Source: Sulfolobales archaeon (GTDB taxonomy: Archaea; Thermoproteota; Thermoprotei_A; Sulfolobales; AG1). From it: a stretch of 64,000 nt of DNA. The stretch's first letter is position 1; every line of letters starts with the position of its first letter. The stretch lies in the NCBI GenBank assembly GCA_049976205.1, contig JBMFIR010000004.1, positions 1,213 to 65,212 on the forward strand, written 5' to 3'. The position numbers and the translations under genes are program-made. The notes beneath the pieces were generated by a model. That model ran no database searches. It saw only the letters and a program-made list of their open reading frames with translations, and was not told where the DNA came from. Shown here piece after piece: positions 1-8,589 of this stretch.

Positions 1-250
1 ATTTGAGTTAAATACTGTGAGGAAAATGTTTTCTGAGGTTAAGAGTGGAAAACTCCCAAGGTTTTTAAAGTGCAGGAAGGTGATATCGCTGATAGTTAGT
101 GATGTTATTGGAGATAGATTAGACACAATAGCTTCAAGTCCTACAGCACCTGATGAAACAACTTCTCAAGATGTTTACAATATTTTGAAGAGACGTGGGC
201 TATGGAATAAGCAGGATCCGAGAAACTTTTCTAGGATTGGTTTAGATTAA
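1..250 (+). pseudogene. glycerate 2-kinase-like (DUF4147/MOFRL family) gene, 3'-truncated; 5' part lies upstream of the window
   Basis: The frame is open from nt 2. NTVRKMFSEVKSGKL...SLIVSDVIGDRLDTIASSPTAPDETT matches the central N-x-VRK-x-S-x-KGG and SDVxGDxxxxIASGPT blocks of glycerate 2-kinases. The ORF stops ~45 codons later, so the C-terminal MOFRL half is missing. Confidence 0.45.
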
Positions 251-252
251 GA

Positions 253-879
253 GTGTTTGTGATGGGTAGAGTTGTTGTTGTATCAGGTTGTGATGGTAGT
301 GGCAAGACTACTGTTATTAGGATTCTCTCATCTTATTTATCTAGGAGGCACAGGGTCTCGATCCATTGGTTGAGAGGGAGTCATTTACATATGTCTATTA
401 TCTACAGAATTCTCTCTAGACTCAGAACATTTAGGGGGTATGATAATCCCTACTACAAAGTTTCTGTCCCAACGACTGCGAAAACTCTCTTTGTTTTTCT
501 CGAGTTCACGGGTTTCTTGCCGCATCTATTTGCTAGGTGGCTTAGGAAGTATCTTAATGATTTTGTTCTATGTGATCGTGGGACACTGGATTTTCTCATA
601 TGGGTCATGACCACTTTGCGATACCCTAGATTTCTCCGAACAATCCTGGGTAGATCTCTATTCAAGTTGTCACTCAAAGAGTCTCCGGTGGTTTTAACAG
701 CTGAATTAAATATTTTAAGAACTAGATCAGATGTCCCAATTAATTTCCTATCTAGGGAATACTTATACTACTCCATACTGCAGAAGTATGTGGCGGGATC
801 TATTATAGACACATCTAATAAGAAACCTACTAGAGTAGTCGCTGAGGTGCTTAGGGGCATTGGTGTCGAAGACACTTAA
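253..879 (+). CDS. P-loop kinase-like protein (thymidylate-kinase-like fold)
   Basis: N-terminal Walker A VVVVSGCDGSGKTTV resembles the ExxDGxGKTT of dTMP kinases. A later CDRG resembles the DR(Y/H) motif. It overlaps the next ORF by 20 nt. Confidence 0.5.
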   Translation: MFVMGRVVVVSGCDGSGKTTVIRILSSYLSRRHRVSIHWLRGSHLHMSIIYRILSRLRTFRGYDNPYYKVSVPTTAKTLFVFLEFTGFLPHLFARWLRKYLNDFVLCDRGTLDFLIWVMTTLRYPRFLRTILGRSLFKLSLKESPVVLTAELNILRTRSDVPINFLSREYLYYSILQKYVAGSIIDTSNKKPTRVVAEVLRGIGVEDT

Positions 880-1723
880 ATTAATTAAGGTTCTGGAGAG
901 ATCTGAGAAGCCCTCACCCGAGGATCAAGAGGTGTTGCTTAGGGTCGCTGAGAGAAACAAAGTTCTCTTAGGCTTCCTGAGATCAGCTGATGTAAATAAT
1001 GATGCTAGGATCCTTGAGGAGAATAGGTATAGGAGGTACGTGAGTAGTGTTGCTGAGATCGCAGATGCTCTCAGAGGTCTTAACTACGCGTTTCATAAGT
1101 TTAGAAAGCCTGTACATCATGTCTCAGTTGATATTGATGTATTAATCGATCAAAGAGATCTTGTGAGAGCTGTTAAGAAACTGATCTCACGGGGATATAG
1201 GGTAAAACTCCTTGAGAAATACACTGCCACACTCGTGAAGAACTCGGTTATCGTTGATCTATATGTGCACCCAGCTTTTGCGTGGGTGATTTATTTAGAT
1301 GGATCGAAGCTACTTAATTGCTGCATTGAGGAATTTGATTTCGAGGGCTACTTAGTCAGGGGCTTAACAAAGGAGGCGGAGGCAGTTGTTTCAGCGGCTC
1401 ACGCAATCTACAAGGAACATATGTATCTACTAATTGATTACTTCACCACGAAAAATTGGTTGAGTCCAAAAGCTCTTAGACTATCCTCAGAGCTCGGGGT
1501 CGAGGACTCTGTCAAGATCAGTTGGTTACTGAATAAATTAGTTGATGAAGGAATTATTGAATTACCACATAAAATATCACTTGCTCTCATATCTAAGTTA
1601 TACCAAAGTAAATTTCTGAGAGATCCCTGGTTCAGAGCCACTTCCCCTAATCTAATTAAGTATTTATTAAGTGAGAGAGCTGGTGAGGTTCTGAGATGGA
1701 GATTAACTAGAGAAACTTATTAG
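860..1723 (+). CDS. putative nucleotidyltransferase (NTP_transf_5-like), function unknown
   Basis: 287-aa ORF. The VHHVSVDIDVLID block looks like the acidic DxD strand of pol-beta-type nucleotidyltransferases. It is translationally coupled to the upstream P-loop gene. Family assignment is from memory only. Confidence 0.35.
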   Translation: MVSKTLKLIKVLERSEKPSPEDQEVLLRVAERNKVLLGFLRSADVNNDARILEENRYRRYVSSVAEIADALRGLNYAFHKFRKPVHHVSVDIDVLIDQRDLVRAVKKLISRGYRVKLLEKYTATLVKNSVIVDLYVHPAFAWVIYLDGSKLLNCCIEEFDFEGYLVRGLTKEAEAVVSAAHAIYKEHMYLLIDYFTTKNWLSPKALRLSSELGVEDSVKISWLLNKLVDEGIIELPHKISLALISKLYQSKFLRDPWFRATSPNLIKYLLSERAGEVLRWRLTRETY

Positions 1724-1791
1724 CCCAGGTCCTGCTCTCAGAGTATTTTATTTAATTTATTTGAAATTAATTAAATGAGTGCCTTAGTAAA

Positions 1792-2514
1792 TTGAGTAAA
1801 GATCTTGGCGGAGTTAAGCTGATTGTTGTGGTTGATAATAGTAGGTATATTCATGATCTCAGAGAGGCCTGGGGATTATCTATATATGTTGAGGCCTATG
1901 GAAAGAGGATATTATTTGATACAGGACCAGACCCAAGTGTTCTCCAAGAGAATTCTGAGAAGCTGAACATAGATCTAGGATCAATAGACGCTGTTGTCAT
2001 AAGTCATGAGCATCGAGATCACAGCGGTGGATTAAGTTATGTAGCGAGTTTGAAAAAAGGGATCAAGGTTTATATCCCCAAGAACTCATCTATAAAGAGA
2101 TACATAGAGGATCTAGGTCTACAACCCGTGGAGGTGGAGGAGACAAATAAGTTATTCGATAACATATATGTAACCAAACCACTTCATGGGCCTCCCCAGG
2201 AGCAGGCTCTTGCCGTAGTAACTAGCAGGGGTCTAGTCGCTTTAGTGGGTTGTAGTCATCCAGGCGTAAATAACTTAGTTAAGCAAGCAGTCAAAGATCT
2301 GGGGCGGAGACCATATATTGTTATCGGAGGCTTCCACCTAGCTAAAGCTCCACTAGAAAAGATCTCTGGAATAATAGAAGAACTTGTCTCATTAGGCACA
2401 TCAAAAATATACCCAATACACTGTAGTGGAGATGAAGTCAAGAAATACCTCATGAAAAATCACCCAGAGAAATACGGAGAGGGAGGATCTGGACTCATTA
2501 TACATATTGATTAA
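1792..2514 (+). CDS. metallo-beta-lactamase fold hydrolase (COG1237-like)
   Basis: HEHRDHSGG (HxHxDH) metal-binding motif, a later CSHPG, 240 aa. Confidence 0.75.
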   Translation: MSKDLGGVKLIVVVDNSRYIHDLREAWGLSIYVEAYGKRILFDTGPDPSVLQENSEKLNIDLGSIDAVVISHEHRDHSGGLSYVASLKKGIKVYIPKNSSIKRYIEDLGLQPVEVEETNKLFDNIYVTKPLHGPPQEQALAVVTSRGLVALVGCSHPGVNNLVKQAVKDLGRRPYIVIGGFHLAKAPLEKISGIIEELVSLGTSKIYPIHCSGDEVKKYLMKNHPEKYGEGGSGLIIHID

Positions 2515-2550
2515 CTCCTTAACAGGATCTCCCAAGATAATTCTTGATTC

Positions 2551-2836
2551 AAAAACTTAGCCTCGGCATTTGTTTTTGGCTTTATCTCGATTTATGGTTA
2601 TTGATAGTATTCTCGAGAAGGATGACGCCCATAATTTCTCTGTAATAAGCTTTTTGAAGAGCTCACTATGAACCAGATTAGCAGTTGCGAGGGGGAGGAC
2701 GAGTTTCTATGAAGCCCCCTCAATCGCCCGAGGAAAACTGGCTCCCGAAGAGTGAGTGGAGAGGCAATATAGAGGGTGATGAGGCAAGCAGTAAAACAAA
2801 ACCGCAGTTAAACCAGAGGCCCTCCATAGATCTCTG
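2551..2836 (-). repeat. possible fourth, inverted and divergent copy of the structured repeat family (see 32726, 34640, 48498)
   Basis: This is a GC-rich island in a 337-bp ORF-free spacer. Its reverse complement shares gcctctggtttaactgcgg (vs tgcctggtttagctctggg), cctcgggcgat (vs cctcgggggcgt) and gccgaggct...tttt (vs ggcgaggctttt), in the same order as copy B. It contains a 7-bp stem GAGGGGG/CCCCCTC. Confidence 0.3.
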
Positions 2837-2851
2837 TTTTACCAAGATCTA

Positions 2852-4198
2852 TTAAGATATTGTTTCTTTCGTGTGATTAAAGACACTATATAAAGTGACA
2901 CCTAGTAGAGTGAATAATATTATGAATATTATTGATACAATATCTAACTGGATTAATTGAATCACAATGAACAAGATCCCTATGAAGCCGCTGAGTAGTC
3001 CCAGAATCCTGTGCTTCTTCAAGATACCTATCTTGTAGAGAGAGAAACCAGCGAAGATATTAGTTATTGCTGTTCCGAAAGATGCTGTGTTAACAAACCA
3101 TATAAGTATCTCTCTCCCGAGAAAAATAAATGGTATAGCTAGAGAAAATGTGAATAATAGAGCTCTACTAGGAGTGTTGTACTTAGGATGTATGTGAGAA
3201 AAAAACTCTGAGACAACTTTTCTCCCCATCGCGAATAATAGTCTTGAGGATGCGATCATGTATCCATTAACACCAGATAATACGCCCATGAGCACACCTA
3301 AGAATATTATTGCTTTACCTAATCTCCCAAGTACTTTCTCAGCCACTGAGGCTGTGACCAGCCACATACCCGCGAACCTAATCCAGGGCTCAGTAGCTGC
3401 TGTAGCTAGTGGTATTAGAACATAGAATGAAGCCCCAATCACTAAAGTAACCACGATAATAAGAGTTATTTTTCTCGGATCCTCTGATGTTTCATCAATA
3501 ACTTGAGCCACGCTACTAAAACCTGTGTAGGCCCAAGGAGCAATTGCTAGCCACATTAAAACACCATATAAGCCGTTTTTAATAGACCATGGCGAGGGAG
3601 TTAGTGTATTCATGATGTTTCCTCTCAAGAAGCACGTGATTACATAGATATATCCTGTTGCCACAAGAGTCAATGTCATTATTCTCTGAGACATGGCTGA
3701 GAATTTTATACCGAAATAATTTAGTATAAAGAATAAAGTAAGGATCGAGACCGTAGATAATACGTAGCCTATATACACATCATAGTTCTTCATAGTGTAT
3801 AAATAACCCCACTTGATAAGGTCAGGAGCTATTAACTGAAGCCATACGGAGAATGCTGTGGAATTCAACACCATTATTGAGAAATAAACTGTGTAAAGCC
3901 ACCAGCCATTTACAAAACCTAATAAATAACCAAAGCTATTATAAGTCCACGTAAAGACTCCGCCAGGATCTGGTTGCAGACGAATAAGTATCGAGTACGA
4001 TATAGCTGTGGGCAGGATCATGAGCATGCCTACGAAAGCAGCTACAACAATACCCCAGGGACCACTCATATCGAGCCATACACCAACAAGTGTAAATACT
4101 CCCCAGCCAATCACTGTTCCAAAAGTTAAAGCAAATAAATCTATTAATCTCAGCTCACTTCTTAACTTAGCCAATGACCAGGCCCCTCTTTCAAACAT
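2852..4198 (-). CDS. amino acid/polyamine (APC superfamily) permease
   Basis: 448 aa with ~12 hydrophobic segments and typical APC length and layout. Confidence 0.65.
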   Translation of the reverse strand: MFERGAWSLAKLRSELRLIDLFALTFGTVIGWGVFTLVGVWLDMSGPWGIVVAAFVGMLMILPTAISYSILIRLQPDPGGVFTWTYNSFGYLLGFVNGWWLYTVYFSIMVLNSTAFSVWLQLIAPDLIKWGYLYTMKNYDVYIGYVLSTVSILTLFFILNYFGIKFSAMSQRIMTLTLVATGYIYVITCFLRGNIMNTLTPSPWSIKNGLYGVLMWLAIAPWAYTGFSSVAQVIDETSEDPRKITLIIVVTLVIGASFYVLIPLATAATEPWIRFAGMWLVTASVAEKVLGRLGKAIIFLGVLMGVLSGVNGYMIASSRLLFAMGRKVVSEFFSHIHPKYNTPSRALLFTFSLAIPFIFLGREILIWFVNTASFGTAITNIFAGFSLYKIGILKKHRILGLLSGFIGILFIVIQLIQLDIVSIIFIILFTLLGVTLYSVFNHTKETIS

Positions 4199-4398
4199 CT
4201 AGAAAACAACTAATAATACTAATTTGAAAAAGTAAATAATTACGTAAATCTACAATAATTAATTCCCCAGATCATTTTATTCAGGAATTATTGAATCTCT
4301 TCACCAGATCGAGATTATTAAAAATTTATAAAGTTAGCACCTGAATTATCTCGTGAGTATTATATAGGTGAAGTCAACTGAGAAAATTAAGCGTAGCA

Positions 4399-5625
4399 GT
4401 GCTAACAGGTCCTCTCGATGCTCCCACAGGCGGATTATATCGCGCTCACAAATCTCTAGAAGAATACAAGAAATATTTTGATGTATCACCCATTTTCTTA
4501 ATTGATGATAAGTCAAAATGCTCTGAGAAGTTAACTAATGATATTTTCATGATCTGTAGAAAGAGACTCGGTGAGCTCTTAACCTCAGCAAGATTAGATG
4601 CGTTACATATCTATTTTCCTAATCTATTACTCGAGAAATTACTATATAGATTGCCTGTGTTGAGTAAAAATATTGACGTCTTGATACAGTTTCACGAAGT
4701 CGCTGAATTAATTAAGTTAGGTGTATTGCTTAAGAATAGACTAGGTTCAAAGGCGATAGCGGTTTTACATAACCCACCGTTTATCGCTGATAAATTAAGG
4801 AGAGAGAATATTTGGAGAGCATATAAGTTATGGTATAGTGAGCTATATAGCGATGATAAATTCAAAAAATTCATGGGTATAATTCGGAGAAAAATTGAGT
4901 TAGCGACATATGAGAGCAGGACATATAGAAAATTGCTTGATGAATATGATCTTTTGATAGCTATTAGTAGAGCTACTGTTTACGAGATGGGTAATGAATT
5001 AATTAACAAAATCTATGTTCTAGATCCAGGAGTGGCTCTCGATGATGAGGATCTGAGGTTGCTTTCAAATGTTAAGAGCACTATCCGTAATAAAGAGAAT
5101 TATATAGTGTTTGGAGGTCGTATCGATGCTTTAAAAGGTTTTATTGAGGCTATACATGTTTTTAAGAAGATCCTTAGGATTTATAGTGATCTAAAGCTTG
5201 TGGCCACAGGTTATGTTTCTCCATCACTTAAGGAGAGTATACTAAGGTACTTAAGAAAACATGATGTAGAAGAGAAGATCGTGTTAATGGGCTCAGTTTC
5301 TCGTAGGGAGCGTTTCGAGGTTGTTGGAAAAGCTAGATTAATGCTTTATCCTAGTCATGCTGATGCTTATTCATATAGTGTTCTAGAATCTTTACTTCTA
5401 GGTACTCCTGTGGTTGCTTATGACATACCTGCACTTAAACTAAATTACGAGGGTTCCTCAGGTTTAAAACTCGTTAAGGAGGGAGATATCGAGGCTTTGG
5501 CTAGTGAAGCTTTGAATATGCTTAAAGATAATAAATACGATACTTCGCCTCCTAAGAAGCTTAGGAGTTGGAGAGATATTATTGATGAAGAGATCTCTGT
5601 TATAAAAAGACTCGCGGAAAAATAA
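4399..5625 (+). CDS. glycosyltransferase, GT4/GT1-type (GT-B fold)
   Basis: C-terminal YPSHADAYSYSVLESLLLGTPVVAYD matches the E-x7-E region of group 1 glycosyltransferases. Confidence 0.75.
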   Translation: MLTGPLDAPTGGLYRAHKSLEEYKKYFDVSPIFLIDDKSKCSEKLTNDIFMICRKRLGELLTSARLDALHIYFPNLLLEKLLYRLPVLSKNIDVLIQFHEVAELIKLGVLLKNRLGSKAIAVLHNPPFIADKLRRENIWRAYKLWYSELYSDDKFKKFMGIIRRKIELATYESRTYRKLLDEYDLLIAISRATVYEMGNELINKIYVLDPGVALDDEDLRLLSNVKSTIRNKENYIVFGGRIDALKGFIEAIHVFKKILRIYSDLKLVATGYVSPSLKESILRYLRKHDVEEKIVLMGSVSRRERFEVVGKARLMLYPSHADAYSYSVLESLLLGTPVVAYDIPALKLNYEGSSGLKLVKEGDIEALASEALNMLKDNKYDTSPPKKLRSWRDIIDEEISVIKRLAEK

Positions 5626-5726
5626 TCTAGTAGTTATCTCAATATATTTCTAGACGCATACGAAGATCTTTTAGGGAGAATAGGATTAAATCTGGTTTCC
5701 ACATAAACTTTATACAGTAGAGACGA

Positions 5727-6344
5727 ATGAGGATCGTGAGTTTATCGCCTGCGATCTCGGAAACTCTTTCTCTACTCGGTGCCGAGGACGAGATAGTGGG
5801 TGTCACTCCCTGGTGCAGAATGTATTTGAGGAAGAAAGATATTGCTGTGGCGGGAACATATATTCATGTTAACATGGAGATCCTTAGGAAGTTGAGACCG
5901 GATATAATTTTTCTTCAATCACATGTTCAAGATAAACTCTACGACGCTTTAAGAAGCGAGGGTTTCAGAACATATTTAATTCCGCTACCAACAAATCTTC
6001 TTGATATTGTGTCTAATGTGGAGTTTATCTCTTCTCTAGTTGATAGGTACTGGGAAGGGAAGGATCTCGCTGATAAACTCCTAGATCAAGTCATTATGCA
6101 CAGGAGAGTAGCTAAGGAGAGGCCCAGGGTCTATGTCGAGTATCTATGGCCAGACAAAACATTTTCTACAGCGGGTAACCTAACGTACATAGATGATGCA
6201 CTACGACTCGTGGGTGCAGTAAATATATTTGTGGATAAGAAATTAAAGTTCTTCACACCCTCCGATGAAGAGATCTTGTCGAGAGACCCGGAGATAATAC
6301 TGGTTAATATAGAGCGTTTCCCCACTCACGGTACTTATAATTAG
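5727..6344 (+). pseudogene. periplasmic binding protein (BtuF/FhuD-like, PBP type 8), 5' fragment interrupted by an IS element
   Basis: MRIVSLSPAISETLSLLGAEDEIVGVT...PDIIFL...DPEIILVN is typical of the Fe-siderophore/cobalamin binding protein family. Homology ends near nt 6308. The last 12 codons read into the IS. Confidence 0.6.
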
Positions 6345-7695
6345 TTTCAATTATTTTTAATTCCGTGAGTGGGATTGATCCTTGGTGTGGGTTCACTAGC
6401 TTCACCCACACCTCATGGGATCCCGTCGAGCCCAACGCCATGGGGCTCCCATCTGTGGAGAGGTACCTCAACCCAATGTTTATGGCTCCAATAATGTCTC
6501 TGTCTAGGGTCAGCCCATTGACCAGTCTGGCTAATCTTAGGGTGATCTTGATTACTCTCACTCTCTTACCCCCTCTCATCGCAACGCGAATCACAGAGGG
6601 GACGTAGTTTTTAATGGGTTTTCCACTAAAAGGATCTTTTGAGGAAGAGTATGCCTCCAACACCTCAACAACATATATGGGCTTGTTACTTAATATTTCT
6701 ACTAGCTTTGAGACACTCCACTGGTGGATCCTGTGCCTGAGCTTGTTGCTTCTCACCTTGCTAGCAAGCCTTCCTTTACCCTTGCGGACGTTCCCAACAA
6801 CCACAACAGCGTTGTTTATATAAGCCAACTCCTCAATAAGCCTAGCAGTCTTGTAGATAATGTCCATCTTCCTCTCCCTCTCCCTCAGCTTCCTAAGTGC
6901 TTTCTTCACACCTCTGCCCTTAGTGGACTTACCCCCCGCGACCCTCTTTCTCCTCTCGGAGTATGCAATAACCACCTTACCCAGGCCGGTCTCGACCCTG
7001 TAGATATCACCAAGTCTTCCGCCTCTGAACACCGCCAGCGTGACATTGTTCTCATTAATATCAACAGCAACAATGTTGCTAGGGTCGTAAGAGACCTCAA
7101 AATCTCTCCTAAACGTTAAGTACACGAGAATCCTCTTACCAATGGGCTTAAGCTTAAGTTCACTAGCCAATCTCCATCCACCATAGAGATACTTCACCAA
7201 CAGCCTACTATATCTCAGGCTAAGCCTGATCCAGCCCCTATGAGTCCTAAGCTCCACATCGCCATTAGCCAATCTCCACTCCTGCGAATCAGAGTAGGTC
7301 ACCGTGATGCTCTTCACTACTGGCATATCGCTCACGGCAAGCCCCTTCTTCTTTAGCCTCAGGAAACTCCTAGCTCTTCTAACAGCATCTCTGTAACAAC
7401 CCTTGATCACCCTAGTCGGCAACCAAGGAAACTTCTCCCTGAACCTATTGTAGAATACTTTATGTAAGGTGGCTTGCGATGCATTATGCTTGACTGCGTA
7501 ATCAACCATCTCCTGGAGCATGTCTCTATAAGCTTCAAAGATTTCTCTAAGGGCTTGCCTACCAACCTTATTACTCCACCCCTCTAAGACTACTGTTCTT
7601 TTAAGGGTCTTTGACAGCTTGCTCAACTGCATCCACCACCCTCCTATACTTATGGCTACGCTTACTGTAAATTTTGCTGGCAAAGCTAGTGACAA
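6304..7695 (-). CDS. tnpB: TnpB/OrfB-like RNA-guided-nuclease family protein (probable start at Met22, nt 7632)
   Basis: NIVAVDINENNVTL is RuvC-I-like. YVVEVLEAYSSS corresponds to the VdPayTSq block. LDRDIIGAINIG is RuvC-III (DxNAAxNI). It overlaps tnpA, as is typical of IS607. Confidence 0.8.
   Translation of the reverse strand: MSLALPAKFTVSVAISIGGWWMQLSKLSKTLKRTVVLEGWSNKVGRQALREIFEAYRDMLQEMVDYAVKHNASQATLHKVFYNRFREKFPWLPTRVIKGCYRDAVRRARSFLRLKKKGLAVSDMPVVKSITVTYSDSQEWRLANGDVELRTHRGWIRLSLRYSRLLVKYLYGGWRLASELKLKPIGKRILVYLTFRRDFEVSYDPSNIVAVDINENNVTLAVFRGGRLGDIYRVETGLGKVVIAYSERRKRVAGGKSTKGRGVKKALRKLRERERKMDIIYKTARLIEELAYINNAVVVVGNVRKGKGRLASKVRSNKLRHRIHQWSVSKLVEILSNKPIYVVEVLEAYSSSKDPFSGKPIKNYVPSVIRVAMRGGKRVRVIKITLRLARLVNGLTLDRDIIGAINIGLRYLSTDGSPMALGSTGSHEVWVKLVNPHQGSIPLTELKIIETNYKYREWGNALY
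6309..6412 (-). ncRNA. candidate omega/right-end RNA scaffold of the TnpB element
   Basis: Two perfect hairpins lie in the 3' end of tnpB at the IS end: a 9-bp stem 6384-6392/6404-6412 with an 11-nt loop, and an 11-bp stem 6321-6331/6363-6373 with a 31-nt AT loop. Confidence 0.3.
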
Positions 7696-8228
7696 TCGCT
7701 ATTAAATCCTCAACTAGTTCTTGATAGTAGTCTTTGGGTTCCTCGCTGAAAGCAACTATCACCCTTACACCATATGCTTCGAAGAGTTTCTCGAGATAGG
7801 TGAAACCAAATCTAGTCAATCCATCCTTGTAAGCCGCCACCACAGCATCTATCCACCTCTTCCTAGACATTTCAATGAGCTTCTCTAAACCGCTCCTATT
7901 CTCTCTAAGACCACTAGCAACATCTCTAATAATCACGTATTCAGCTTGTGGAAACTGCTTTCTAACATAGTCTTCTAGTGAAGCCACTTGCCTCTCTAAG
8001 TCACCTCTTTGCGTACCACCACTAACCCTAGCATAAATAGGGACTCTCTTCAAACCAGCATAGAACCCCCTTGGTTAATCTTTCAAACTCAGACTCCGGA
8101 ATATATCACCTACCGTGAATATTAACAGCTCTAACTTTCCCCATCTTAATCCACTTGATCACGGTACTACGACCAACACCAGCGATCTCAGCGAACTTGC
8201 TAAGCTTATGCAATTTCTCCATTTCCAT
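7601..8228 (-). pseudogene. tnpA: IS607-type serine recombinase transposase with N-terminal MerR-like HTH, disrupted
   Basis: MEMEKLHKLSKFAEIAGVGRSTVIKWIKMGKVRAVNIHGR is followed by an in-frame TGA (8106-8108) and then YIPESEFERLTKG. A frameshift in a G5 run (plus-strand CCCCC 8066-8070) precedes KRVPIYARVSGGTQRGDLERQ, the catalytic Ser motif. Confidence 0.7.
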
Positions 8229-8270
8229 TAAGTAGTTAGAAGTAATAAAAGTATCTAAATTTATCGCTAA

Positions 8271-8480
8271 GTTGAAAAACAGCCTGTGATGAAGAATATT
8301 ACGTTAGAGAAGTATTTAAGCATCAGAAATTCTCTGACTAGAACCACAGCATATGAAACGAGCAATATATATCTTATCATAGAGTCTGTGGAGGCGAACC
8401 TGGCTCATCCAGGGCCCTCATTCGTAACACATACACTGAGGCGAATTCTAGAAATTGTTACACGATATCGAAGAGGCTAA
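8271..8480 (+). pseudogene. periplasmic binding protein, 3' fragment (continuation of 5727..6308)
   Basis: NIYLIIESVEANLAHPGPSFVTHTLRRILEIV resembles the C-terminal vY.v..d...RPGPR.v...e.la signature of the same PBP family. The frame is open from 8271. Confidence 0.5.
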
Positions 8481-8589
8481 TTTATTAAAAACATGGTGAT
8501 TGCTCAGATCCTTTTAACATGAATCAGTAATCCCTAAACTAAAAACAATATTAGTGAAAGGATGTATATAATTTAATGAGGCATATAAA

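Larger units (their letters stand above)
6309..8270 (-). mobile_element. IS607-family (IS200/IS605 superfamily-associated) insertion sequence, tnpA(serine recombinase)-tnpB; boundaries +/-10 nt
   Basis: It contains a MerR-HTH plus serine-recombinase gene followed by an overlapping tnpB. It lies between the two recognisable halves of a binding-protein gene. Joining 6308 to 8271 keeps that reading frame. Confidence 0.7.

Noticed and set aside
6365-7119. Several plus-strand ORFs (6365-6607, 6614-6823, 6724-7119) and the minus-strand ORF 6906-7100 overlap tnpB.
   Set aside because: They are low-complexity and overlap a gene with clear family motifs, so they are probably shadow ORFs. The same judgement applies to 453-677, 1438-1641, 2256-2453, 4008-4202, 8514-8798, 24678-25100, 31486-31755, 34161-34469, 40695-42116 and similar.
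8286-8337. GTGATGA...CTGA spaced ~50 nt apart looks like a C/D box sRNA.
   Set aside because: There are no C'/D' boxes or terminal stem, and it lies inside the binding-protein 3' fragment, where GTG ATG A is just coding sequence. The same applies to GTGATGA at 8590 (a CDS start) and at 2776.
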